Source: the human T2T-CHM13v2.0 reference genome, Homo sapiens
Direction: 5' to 3' (one strand)
DNA: 64,000 bases
Assembly: GCF_009914755.1 (NCBI RefSeq)
Contig: NC_060943.1
A program made the translations under genes and the position numbers. Of the stretch, positions 24,501 through 37,776 are shown one piece after another. How positions within the stretch are numbered: the stretch's first letter is position 1; each line of letters starts with the position of its first letter. Under the pieces are notes generated by a model. It saw only the letters and a list, made by a program, of their open reading frames with translations. It did not search any database and had not been told where the DNA came from.

Positions 24501-26866
24501 GTGATGTGGGGATTCAACTCACAGGCTTGAAACTTTCTTTTGATAGAGCAGGGTTCAAACACACTTTTTGTAGAATCTGCAAGTGTTCATTTGGAGTGCT
24601 TTCTTGCCCATGGTGGAAAAAGAAATATCTTCACGTAAAAACTAGACAGAAACATTCTCAGAAAATACTTTGTGATGTGGTTGTTCAATTCACAGGGTTG
24701 AACCTTTCTTTAGATAAAGCAGTTTTGAAACACTGCTTTTGTAGAATCTTCTTGTGGATATTTGGAGCTGTTTGAGGAATTCGTTTTAAACGGGATATCT
24801 TCACATTCAAACTAGTCAGAAGCATTCTCAGAAACTGGTTTGTGATGTGTGCATTCTACTCACAGAGTTGAACCTTCCTTTTGAGAGAGCAGTTTTGAAA
24901 CAATCTTTTTGTATTCTCTACAAGTGGATACTTGGAGCAATGGGAGGACTAAGATTGAAAAGGAAATATCTTCACGGCCAAACTTGACAGAAGCTTTCTC
25001 AGAATCTGCTTTGTGATGTGTGCATTTACCTCACAGAGTGGAACCGTCCTTTTGATAGAGCAGTTCTGAAACAGTCTTTTTGTAGGATCTGCGAGTGTTC
25101 ATTTTGGAGCGCTTTTAAGCCTTTGGCGGAAAAGGAAATATCTTCACAAAAAAACTAGACAGAGGCATGCTCAGGAACTTCACTGAGATGTGTGCATTCA
25201 AGTAACTGAGTTGAATCTGCCTTTTGATAGAGCAGAATTGAAACACTCCTTTTGTAGAATCTGCTTGTGGATATTTGGAACTCTTTCAGGAGTTCGTTGG
25301 CAGCTGGTATCTTCACAAAAAAAGGAGACCCAAGGATTCTCAAAAAGTTCCTTGAGATGTGTGCCTTAAACTCACAGACTTCAAACTTTCTTTTGAGAGA
25401 TCAGTGTTGGAACACGCTTTTTGTAGAATCTGCAAGTGTTCATTTAGTGCGCTTTGTTGCCTATGGTGGAAAAAGAAATATCTTCAAATGAAAACTAGAC
25501 AGAAACATTCTCAGAAACTCCTTTGTGAAGTGTGTGTCAAATTCACAGAATTGAAATATTCCTTTGATAGCGCAGCTTTGAAACACCGCTTTTATAGGAT
25601 CTGCTTGTGGATATCTGGAGCTCTTTGAGGAATTTGTTGTAAACGGGATATCTTCACATACAAAGTAGACAGAAGCATTCTCAGAAACTGCTTTGTGATG
25701 TGTGCATTCCAATCACAGACTTCAACCTTTCTTTTGAAAGAGCAGTGTTCAAACACACATTTTGTAGGATGTGCAAGTGTTCACTTGGAGCGCTTTTTTG
25801 CCTATGGTGGAAAAAGAAATATCTTCACATAAATACTAGACAGAAGCATTCTCAGAAACGCCTTAGTGATGTGTTTGTTCTATTCAGAGAGTTGAACCTT
25901 TCTTTTGATAGAGCAGTTTTGATACACTGCTTCTGTAGAATCTGCTTGTGGATATTTGGAGCTCTTTGAGGAATTCGTTGTAAACGGGATATCTTCACAT
26001 ACAAACTAGACAGAAGCATTCTCAGAAACTGCTTTGTGGTGTGTGCATTCAACTCACAGAGTTGAACCTTCCTTCTGAGAGAGCAGTTTTTAAACAGTCT
26101 CTTTGAAATATCTGCAAGTGGATATTTGGAGCGATGGGAAGTCTAAGTTTGAAAAGGAAATATCCTCACATACAAACTAGACAGAAGCAATCTCATTAAC
26201 TGCTTTGCGATGTGTGCATTCAGCTCACAGAGTTGAACCTTCCTTTTGAGAGAGCAGTTTTGAAACAGTTTTTTGTAGTATCCTCAAGTGGATATATGGA
26301 GCGATGTGAGGCTTAAGATGGAAACGGGAATATCTTCACATGCAAACTAGAAAGAAGCATTCTCAGAAACTGCTTTGTGATGGGTGCATTCAACTCAGAG
26401 ACTTGAACATTTCTTTAGACGGAGCAGTGTTGAAACACACATATGCAGAATCTGCAAGAGTTCATTTGGAGCGCTTTGATGCCTATGGTGGAAAAAGAAA
26501 TATCTTCACATAAAGACTAGAAAGAAGCGTTCTCCGAAACTCCTTTGTGATATATGTGTTCAGTTCACAGAGTTGAACCTTTCTTTTGATTGAGCAGTTT
26601 TGAAACACTGCTTTTCTAGAATCTGCTTTTGGATATTTGAAGCTCTTTGACGAATTCGCTGTCAATGTTATATCTTCACATACAAACTAGACAGAAGCAT
26701 TCTCAGAAACTGCTTTTTGATGTGTGCATTCAACACACGGAGTTGAACCTTCCTTCTGAGAACAGTTTTGAAGCAGTCTTTTTGTGGTATCTGCAAGTCG
26801 ATATTTGGAACGATTTGGGACCTATGAGGGAAAAGGAACTATCTTCACATACAAGCTAGACAGAAG
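21583..26866. repeat. HOR unit U5, 31-mer ending in a type-B junction; carries a divergent internal patch
   Basis: Spacing 22298 to 27582 = 5,284. Intact m31 (gatttgggacct...caagct) is followed directly by variant m1 'catactcag' at 26867. Confidence 0.93.
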
Positions 26867-29800
26867 CATACTCAGAAACTGCTTTGTGATGTGTGCATTC
26901 AACTCACAGAGTTGAGCCTTCCTTTTGAGAGAGAGGTTTTGAAACAGTCTTTTTGTAGTATATACAAGTGGATATTTTTAGTGATTTGAGGTCTAATATG
27001 GAAAAGGAAATACCTTCACCTACAAACTAGACAGAAGCATTCTCAGAAACTGCTTTGTGATGTGTGCATTAAACTTACAGAGTTGAAACCTTATTTTGAT
27101 ATAGCAGTGTTGAAACACACTTTTTATAGAACCTGCAAGTGTTCATTTGGAGAGCTTTGTTGCCTGTGGTGGAAAAAGAAATGTGTTCACATACAAACTA
27201 GAAAGAAGCCTTCTCAGAAACTCCTTTGAGATGTTTGTGTCTAATTCACAAAGTTGAACCTTTCTTTTGATAGAGCAGATTTGCAACACTGCTTTTGTAG
27301 AATCTGCTTGCGTGTATTTGGAGGTCTTTGAGGAATTGGGCGTATACGGGATATCTTCACATACAAATTACACAGAAGCATTCTCAGAAACTGCTCTGTG
27401 ATGTGTGCATTCAACTAACAGAGTTGAAACTTTCTTTGGAGAAAGCAGTTCTGAAACAGTCTTTTTGTAGTATCTGCAAGTGGATACTTGGAGCGATTTG
27501 AGGCCTATGATGGAAAAGGAAATATGTTCACTTACAAACTAGACAGAAGCATTCTCAGAAACTGCTTTGTGATGTGTGTGTTCAATTCACAGGGTTGACT
27601 CTTTCTTTTGATTGAGCAGTTTTGAACCACCTGTTTTGTAGAATCTGCTTGTGGATATTTGTAGCTCTTGGAGGAATTCTTTGTAAAAGGGATATCTTCA
27701 CATACACACTAGTCAGAAGCATTCTCAGAAACTTCTTTGTGATGTGTGAATTGAACTCACAGAGTTGAACCTTCCTTTTGAGAGAGCCGTTTTGAAACAA
27801 TCTTTTTGAAGTATCTTCAATTGGATGTTTGTAGTGATTTGGGGCCTAAGATGGAATAGGAAATATCTTCACATACAATCTAGACAGAAGCACTCTCAGA
27901 AGCTGCTTGGTGATGTCTGCATTCAACTCACAGACTTGAACCCTTGTTTTGAAAGAGCAGTGTTGAAACACACATTTTGTACGATCTGCAAGTGTTCATT
28001 TGGAACGCTGTTGTGCCTATGGTGGATAAAGAAATATCTTCACATAAATACTAGAAAGTAGCATTCTCAGAAACTGCTTTGTGATGTGTGCATTCAACTC
28101 ACAGAGTTGCACCTTCCTTTTGAGAGAGAGGTTTTGAAACAGTCTTTTTGTAGTATCTGCAAGTGGATATTTTTAGTGATTTGAGGTCTAAGATGGAAAA
28201 GGAAATACCTTCACCTACAAACTAGACAGAAGCATTCTCAGAAACTGCTTTGTGATGTGTGCATTAAACTTACAGACTTGAAACTTTATTTTGATAGAGC
28301 AGTGTTGAAACACACTTTTTATAGAATCTGCAAGTGTTCATTTGGAGAGCTTTGTTGCCTGTGGTGGAAAAAGGAATATGTTCACCTAGAAACTAGAAAG
28401 AAGCCTTCTCAGAAACTCCTTTGAGATGTTTGTGTCCAATTCACAAAGTTGAACCTTTCTTTTGATAGAGCAGATTTGAAACACTGCTTTTGTAGAATCT
28501 GCTTGCGGATATTTGGCGGTCTTTTAGGAATTGGGCGTATACGGGAGATCTTCACATACAAGTTACACAGAAGCATTCTCAGAAACTGCTTTGTGATGTG
28601 TGCATTCAACTCACAGAGTTGAAACTTTCTTTTGAGAAAGCAGTTTTGAAACAGTCTTTTTGTAGTATCTGCAAGTGGATATTTGGAGCGATTTGAGGCC
28701 TATGATGGAAAAGGAAATATGTTCACATACAAACTAGACAGAAGCGTTCTGAGAAACTGCTTTGTGATGTGTGCATTCACCTCACAGAGTGGAACCTTTC
28801 TTTGGATAGAGCAGTTTTGAAACAGTCTTTCTCTAGTATCTGCAAGTGTTCATTTTGAGCGCTTTGAGGCCCATGATGGAAAAGGAAATATTTTCACATA
28901 AAAACTAGACAGAAGCTTTCTCAGGAACTTCATTGAGATGTGTGCATTAAAGTAACTGAGTTGAATACGTCTTTTGATAGAGCAGTATTGAAACACTTCT
29001 TTTGTAGAATCTGCCTGTGGATATCTGGAACTCTTTGAAGAATTCTTTGGAAACGGCTATCTTCACATAAAAAGTAGACCCAAGCATTCACAGAACGTTC
29101 TTTGTGACATGTACATTGGACTCCCAGACTTGAAACTTTCTTTTGATAGAGCAGTGTTGGAACACACTTTTTGTAGAATCTTCATGTGTTCGTTTGGAGT
29201 GCTCTGTTGCCTATGGTGGAAAAAGGAATATCTTCACCTAAAAACCAGACAGAAGCATTCTCAGAGACTGCTTTGTGATGTGTGTGTTCAATTCGCAGAG
29301 TTGAAAGTTGCTTTGGATAGAGCAGTTTTGAAACACTGCTTTTGTAGAATCTGCTTGTTGCTATTGGGGGCTCTTTGAGGAATTTGTTGTAAACGGGATA
29401 TCTTCACATACAAAGTAGACAGAAGCATTCTCAGAAACTGCTCTGTGATGTGTGCATTCAACTCACAGAGTTGAACCTTCCTTTTGCGAGAGCTGTTTTG
29501 AAGCAGTCTTTTTGTGGTATCTGCAATTGGATATTTGGATCGATTTGAGGCCTAAGATGGAAAAGGAAATATCTTCACATACAAACTAGACAGAAGCATT
29601 CTCAGACACTGCGTTGTGATGTGTGCATTCAACTCACAGAGTTGAACCTTCCTTTTGAGAGCAGTTTTGAAACAGTCTTTTTGAAGTATCTGCAAGTGGA
29701 TGTTTGGAGAGATTTGAGGCCTAAGATGGAAAAGGATATATCTTCACCTAAAAACTAGGCAGAAGCATTCTCAGAAACTGCTTTGTGATGTGGGGATTCA

Positions 29801-32321
29801 ACTCACAGGCTTGAAACTTTCTTTTGATAGAGCAGGGTTCAAACACACTTTTTGTAGAATCTGCAAGTGTTCATTTGGAGTGCTTTCTTGCCCATGGTGG
29901 AAAAAGAAATATCTTCACGTAAAAACTAGACAGAAACATTCTCAGAAAATACTTTGTGATGTGGTTGTTCAATTCACAGGGTTGAACCTTTCTTTAGATA
30001 AAGCAGTTTTGAAACACTGCTTTTGTAGAATCTTCTTGTGGATATTTGGAGCTGTTTGAGGAATTCGTTTTAAACGGGATATCTTCACATTCAAACTAGT
30101 CAGAAGCATTCTCAGAAACTGGTTTGTGATGTGTGCATTCTACTCACAGAGTTGAACCTTCCTTTTGAGAGAGCAGTTTTGAAACAATCTTTTTGTATTC
30201 TCTACAAGTGGATACTTGGAGCAATGGGAGGACTAAGATTGAAAAGGAAATATCTTCACGGCCAAACTTGACAGAAGCTTTCTCAGAATCTGCTTTGTGA
30301 TGTGTGCATTTACCTCACAGAGTGGAACCGTCCTTTTGATAGAGCAGTTCTGAAACAGTCTTTTTGTAGGATCTGCGAGTGTTCATTTTGGAGCGCTTTT
30401 AAGCCTTTGGCGGAAAAGGAAATATCTTCACAAAAAAACTAGACAGAGGCATGCTCAGGAACTTCACTGAGATGTGTGCATTCAAGTAACTGAGTTGAAT
30501 CTGCCTTTTGATAGAGCAGAATTGAAACACTCCTTTTGTAGAATCTGCTTGTGGATATTTGGAACTCTTTCAGGAGTTCGTTGGCAGCTGGTATCTTCAC
30601 AAAAAAAGGAGACCCAAGGATTCTCAAAAAGTTCCTTGAGATGTGTGCCTTAAACTCACAGACTTCAAACTTTCTTTTGAGAGATCAGTGTTGGAACACG
30701 CTTTTTGTAGAATCTGCAAGTGTTCATTTAGTGTGCTTTGTTGCCTATGGTGGAAAAAGAAATATCTTCAAATGAAAACTAGACAGAAACATTCTCAGAA
30801 ACTCCTTTGTGAAGTGTGTGTCAAATTCACAGAATTGAAATATTCCTTTGATAGCGCAGCTTTGAAACACCACTTTTATAGGATCTGCTTGTGGATATCT
30901 GGAGCTCTTTGAGGAATTTGTTGTAAACGGGATATCTTCACATACAAAGTAGACAGAAGCATTCTCAGAAACTGCTTTGTGATGTGTGCATTCCAATCAC
31001 AGACTTCAACCTTTCTTTTGAAAGAGCAGTGTTCAAACACACATTTTGTAGGATGTGCAAGTGTTCACTTGGAGCGCTTTTTTGCCTATGGTGGAAAAAG
31101 AAATATCTTCACATAAATACTAGACAGAAGCATTCTCAGAAACGCCTTAGTGATGTGTTTGTTCTATTCAGAGAGTTGAACCTTTCTTTTGATAGAGCAG
31201 TTTTGATACACTGCTTCTGTAGAATCTGCTTGTGGATATTTGGAGCTCTTTGAGGAATTCGTTGTAAACGGGATATCTTCACATACAAACTAGACAGAAG
31301 CATTCTCAGAAACTGCTTTGTGGTGTGTGCATTCAACTCACAGAGTTGAACCTTCCTTCTGAGAGAGCAGTTTTTAAACAGTCTCTTTGAAATATCTGCA
31401 AGTGGATATTTGGAGCGATGGGAAGTCTAAGTTTGAAAAGGAAATATCCTCACATACAAACTAGACAGAAGCAATCTCATTAACTGCTTTGCGATGTGTG
31501 CATTCAGCTCACAGAGTTGAACCTTCCTTTTGAGAGAGCAGTTTTGAAACAGTTTTTTGTAGTATCCTCAAGTGGATATATGGAGCGATGTGAGGCTTAA
31601 GATGGAAACGGGAATATCTTCACATGCAAACTAGAAAGAAGCATTCTCAGAAACTGCTTTGTGATGGGTGCATTCAACTCAGAGACTTGAACATTTCTTT
31701 AGACGGAGCAGTGTTGAAACACACATATGCAGAATCTGCAAGAGTTCATTTGGAGCGCTTTGATGCCTATGGTGGAAAAAGAAATATCTTCACATAAAGA
31801 CTAGAAAGAAGCGTTCTCCGAAACTCCTTTGTGATATATGTGTTCAGTTCACAGAGTTGAACCTTTCTTTTGATTGAGCAGTTTTGAAACACTGCTTTTC
31901 TAGAATCTGCTTTTGGATATTTGAAGCTCTTTGACGAATTCGCTGTCAATGTTATATCTTCACATACAAACTAGACAGAAGCATTCTCAGAAACTGCTTT
32001 TTGATGTGTGCATTCAACACACGGAGTTGAACCTTCCTTCTGAGAACAGTTTTGAAGCAGTCTTTTTGTGGTATCTGCAAGTCGATATTTGGAACGATTT
32101 GGGACCTATGAGGGAAAAGGAACTATCTTCACATACAAGCTAGACAGAAGCATTCTCAGAAACTGCTTTGTGATGTGTGCATTCAACACACGGAGTTGAA
32201 CCTTCCTTCTGAGAGAACGGTTTTCAAACAGTCTTTTTGTAGTATCTGCAAGTCGATATTTGGAACGATTTGAGGCCTATGAGGGAAAAGGAACTATCTT
32301 CACATACAAACTAGACAGAAG
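26867..32321. repeat. HOR unit U6, 32-mer (begins with type-B variant m1)
   Basis: Spacing 27582 to 33037 = 5,455. Confidence 0.95.
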
Positions 32322-35300
32322 CATGCTCAGAAACTGCTGTGTGATGTGTGCATTCAACTCACAGAGTTGAACCTTCCTTTTGAGAGAGACGTTTTGAAAC
32401 AGTCTTTTTGTAGTATGTACAGGTGGATATTTTTGGTGATTTGAGGTCTAAGATGGAAAAGGAAATACCTTCACCTACAAACTAGACAGAAGCATTCTCA
32501 GAAACTGCTTTGTGATGTGTGCATTAAACTTACAGACTTGAAACCTTATTTTGATAGAGCAGTGTTGAAACACACTTTTTATAGAATCTGCAAGTCTTCA
32601 TTTGGAGAGCTTTGTTGCCTGTGGTGGAAAAAGAAATGTGTTCACATACAAACTAGAAAGAAGCCTTCTCAGAAACTCCTTTGAGATGTTTGTGTCCAAT
32701 TCACAAAGTTGAACCTTTCTTTTGATAGAGCAGATTTGAAACACTGCTTTTGTAGAATCTGCTTGCATGTATTTGGAGGTCTTTGAGGAATTGGGCGTAT
32801 ACGGGATATCTTCACATACAAATTACACAGAAGCATTCTCAGAAACTGCTCTGTGATGTGTGCATTCCTCTCACAGAGTTGAAACTTTCTTTTGAGAAAG
32901 CTGTTCTGAAACAGTCTTTTTGTAGTATCTGCAAGTGGATATTTGGAGCGATTTGAGGCCTATGATGGAAAAGGAAATATGATCACTTACAAACTAGACA
33001 GAAGCATTCTCAGAAACTGCTTTGTGATGTGTGTGTTCAATTCACAGGGTTGACACTTTCTTTTGATTGAGCAGTTTTGAACCACCTGTTTTGTAGAATC
33101 TGCTTGTGGATATTTGTAGCTCTTGGAGGAATTCTTTGTAAAAGGGATATCTTCACATACACACTAGTCAGAAGCATTCTCAGAAACTTCTTTGTGATGT
33201 GTGAATTGAACTCACAGAGTTGAACCTTCCTTTTGAGAGAGCCGTTTTGAAACAATCTTTTTGAAGTATCTTCAATTGGATGTTTGTAGTGATTTGAGGC
33301 CTAAGATGGAATAGGAAATATCTTCACATACAATCTAGACAGAAGCACTCTCAGAAGCTGCTTGGTGATGTCTGCATTCAACTCACAGACTTGAACCCTT
33401 GTTTTGAAAGAGCAGTGTTGAAACACACATTTTGTACGATCTGCAAGTGTTCATTTGGAACGCTGTTGTGCCTATGGTGGATAAAGAAATATCTTCACAT
33501 AAATACTAGAAAGTAGCATTCTCAGAAACTGCTTTGTGATGTGTGCATTCAACTCACAGAGTTGCACCTTCCTTTTGAGAGAGAGGTTTTGAAACAGTCT
33601 TTTTGTAGTATCTGCAAGTGGATATTTTTAGTGATTTGAGGTCTAAGATGGAAAAGGAAATACCTTCACCTACAAACTAGACAGAAGCATTCTCAGAAAC
33701 TGCTTTGTGATGTGTGCATTAAACTTACAGACTTGAAACTTTATTTTGATAGAGCAGTGTTGAAACACACTTTTTATAGAATCTGCAAGTGTTCATTTGG
33801 AGAGCTTTGTTGCCTGTGGTGGAAAAAGGAATATGTTCACCTAGAAACTAGAAAGAAGCCTTCTCAGAAACTCCTTTGAGATGTTTGTGTCCAATTCACA
33901 AAGTTGAACCTTTCTTTTGATAGAGCAGATTTGAAACACTGCTTTTGTAGAATCTGCTTGCGGATATTTGGCGGTCTTTTAGGAATTGGGCGTATACGGG
34001 AGATCTTCACATACAAGTTACACAGAAGCATTCTCAGAAACTGCTTTGTGATGTGTGCATTCAACTCACAGAGTTGAAACTTTCTTTTGAGAAAGCAGTT
34101 TTGAAACAGTCTTTTTGTAGTATCTGCAAGTGGATATTTGGAGCGATTTGAGGCCTATGATGGAAAAGGAAATATGTTCACATACAAACTAGACAGAAGC
34201 GTTCTGAGAAACTGCTTTGTGATGTGTGCATTCACCTCACAGAGTGGAACCTTTCTTTGGATAGAGCAGTTTTGAAACAGTCTTTCTCTAGTATCTGCAA
34301 GTGTTCATTTTGAGCGCTTTGAGGCCCATGATGGAAAAGGAAATATTTTCACATAAAAACTAGACAGAAGCTTTCTCAGGAACTTCATTGAGATGTGTGC
34401 ATTAAAGTAACTGAGTTGAATACGTCTTTTGATAGAGCAGTATTGAAACACTTCTTTTGTAGAATCTGCCTGTGGATATCTGGAACTCTTTGAAGAATTC
34501 TTTGGAAACGGCTATCTTCACATAAAAAGTAGACCCAAGCATTCACAGAACGTTCTTTGTGACATGTACATTGGACTCCCAGACTTGAAACTTTCTTTTG
34601 ATAGAGCAGTGTTGGAACACACTTTTTGTAGAATCTTCATGTGTTCGTTTGGAGTGCTCTGTTGCCTATGGTGGAAAAAGGAATATCTTCACCTAAAAAC
34701 CAGACAGAAGCATTCTCAGAGACTGCTTTGTGATGTGTGTGTTCAATTCGCAGAGTTGAAAGTTGCTTTGGATAGAGCAGTTTTGAAACACTGCTTTTGT
34801 AGAATCTGCTTGTTGCTATTGGGGGCTCTTTGAGGAATTTGTTGTAAACGGGATATCTTCACATACAAAGTAGACAGAAGCATTCTCAGAAACTGCTCTG
34901 TGATGTGTGCATTCAACTCACAGAGTTGAACCTTCCTTTTGCGAGAGCTGTTTTGAAGCAGTCTTTTTGTGGTATCTGCAATTGGATATTTGGATCGATT
35001 TGAGGCCTAAGATGGAAAAGGAAATATCTTCACATACAAACTAGACAGAAGCATTCTCAGACACTGCGTTGTGATGTGTGCATTCAACTCACAGAGTTGA
35101 ACCTTCCTTTTGAGAGCAGTTTTGAAACAGTCTTTTTGAAGTATCTGCAAGTGGATGTTTGGAGAGATTTGAGGCCTAAGATGGAAAAGGATATATCTTC
35201 ACCTAAAAACTAGGCAGAAGCATTCTCAGAAACTGCTTTGTGATGTGGGGATTCAACTCACAGGCTTGAAACTTTCTTTTGATAGAGCAGGGTTCAAACA

Positions 35301-37776
35301 CACTTTTTGTAGAATCTGCAAGTGTTCATTTGGAGTGCTTTCTTGCCCATGGTGGAAAAAGAAATATCTTCACGTAAAAACTAGACAGAAACATTCTCAG
35401 AAAATACTTTGTGATGTGGTTGTTCAATTCACAGGGTTGAACCTTTCTTTAGATAAAGCAGTTTTGAAACACTGCTTTTGTAGAATCTTCTTGTGGATAT
35501 TTGGAGCTGTTTGAGGAATTCGTTTTAAACGGGATATCTTCACATTCAAACTAGTCAGAAGCATTCTCAGAAACTGGTTTGTGATGTGTGCATTCTACTC
35601 ACAGAGTTGAACCTTCCTTTTGAGAGAGCAGTTTTGAAACAATCTTTTTGTATTCTCTACAAGTGGATACTTGGAGCAATGGGAGGACTAAGATTGAAAA
35701 GGAAATATCTTCACGGCCAAACTTGACAGAAGCTTTCTCAGAATCTGCTTTGTGATGTGTGCATTTACCTCACAGAGTGGAACCGTCCTTTTGATAGAGC
35801 AGTTCTGAAACAGTCTTTTTGTAGGATCTGCGAGTGTTCATTTTGGAGCGCTTTTAAGCCTTTGGCGGAAAAGGAAATATCTTCACAAAAAAACTAGACA
35901 GAGGCATGCTCAGGAACTTCACTGAGATGTGTGCATTCAAGTAACTGAGTTGAATCTGCCTTTTGATAGAGCAGAATTGAAACACTCCTTTTGTAGAATC
36001 TGCTTGTGGATATTTGGAACTCTTTCAGGAGTTCGTTGGCAGCTGGTATCTTCACAAAAAAAGGAGACCCAAGGATTCTCAAAAAGTTCCTTGAGATGTG
36101 TGCCTTAAACTCACAGACTTCAAACTTTCTTTTGAGAGATCAGTGTTGGAACACGCTTTTTGTAGAATCTGCAAGTGTTCATTTAGTGCGCTTTGTTGCC
36201 TATGGTGGAAAAAGAAATATCTTCAAATGAAAACTAGACAGAAACATTCTCAGAAACTCCTTTGTGAAGTGTGTGTCAAATTCACAGAATTGAAATATTC
36301 CTTTGATAGCGCAGCTTTGAAACACCGCTTTTATAGGATCTGCTTGTGGATATCTGGAGCTCTTTGAGGAATTTGTTGTAAACGGGATATCTTCACATAC
36401 AAAGTAGACAGAAGCATTCTCAGAAACTGCTTTGTGATGTGTGCATTCCAATCACAGACTTCAACCTTTCTTTTGAAAGAGCAGTGTTCAAACACACATT
36501 TTGTAGGATGTGCAAGTGTTCACTTGGAGCGCTTTTTTGCCTATGGTGGAAAAAGAAATATCTTCACATAAATACTAGACAGAAGCATTCTCAGAAACGC
36601 CTTAGTGATGTGTTTGTTCTATTCAGAGAGTTGAACCTTTCTTTTGATAGAGCAGTTTTGATACACTGCTTCTGTAGAATCTGCTTGTGGATATTTGGAG
36701 CTCTTTGAGGAATTCGTTGTAAACGGGATATCTTCACATACAAACTAGACAGAAGCATTCTCAGAAACTGCTTTGTGGTGTGTGCATTCAACTCACAGAG
36801 TTGAACCTTCCTTCTGAGAGAGCAGTTTTTAAACAGTCTCTTTGAAATATCTGCAAGTGGATATTTGGAGCGATGGGAAGTCTAAGTTTGAAAAGGAAAT
36901 ATCCTCACATACAAACTAGACAGAAGCAATCTCATTAACTGCTTTGCGATGTGTGCATTCAGCTCACAGAGTTGAACCTTCCTTTTGAGAGAGCAGTTTT
37001 GAAACAGTTTTTTGTAGTATCCTCAAGTGGATATATGGAGCGATGTGAGGCTTAAGATGGAAACGGGAATATCTTCACATGCAAACTAGAAAGAAGCATT
37101 CTCAGAAACTGCTTTGTGATGGGTGCATTCAACTCAGAGACTTGAACATTTCTTTAGACGGAGCAGTGTTGAAACACACATATGCAGAATCTGCAAGAGT
37201 TCATTTGGAGCGCTTTGATGCCTATGGTGGAAAAAGAAATATCTTCACATAAAGACTAGAAAGAAGCGTTCTCCGAAACTCCTTTGTGATATATGTGTTC
37301 AGTTCACAGAGTTGAACCTTTCTTTTGATTGAGCAGTTTTGAAACACTGCTTTTCTAGAATCTGCTTTTGGATATTTGAAGCTCTTTGACGAATTCGCTG
37401 TCAATGTTATATCTTCACATACAAACTAGACAGAAGCATTCTCAGAAACTGCTTTTTGATGTGTGCATTCAACACACGGAGTTGAACCTTCCTTCTGAGA
37501 ACAGTTTTGAAGCAGTCTTTTTGTGGTATCTGCAAGTCGATATTTGGAACGATTTGGGACCTATGAGGGAAAAGGAACTATCTTCACATACAAGCTAGAC
37601 AGAAGCATTCTCAGAAACTGCTTTGTGATGTGTGCATTCAACACACGGAGTTGAACCTTCCTTCTGAGAGAACGGTTTTCAAACAGTCTTTTTGTAGTAT
37701 CTGCAAGTCGATATTTGGAACGATTTGAGGCCTATGAGGGAAAAGGAACTATCTTCACATACAAACTAGACAGAAG
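32322..37776. repeat. HOR unit U7, 32-mer
   Basis: Spacing 33037 to 38492 = 5,455. Confidence 0.95.
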
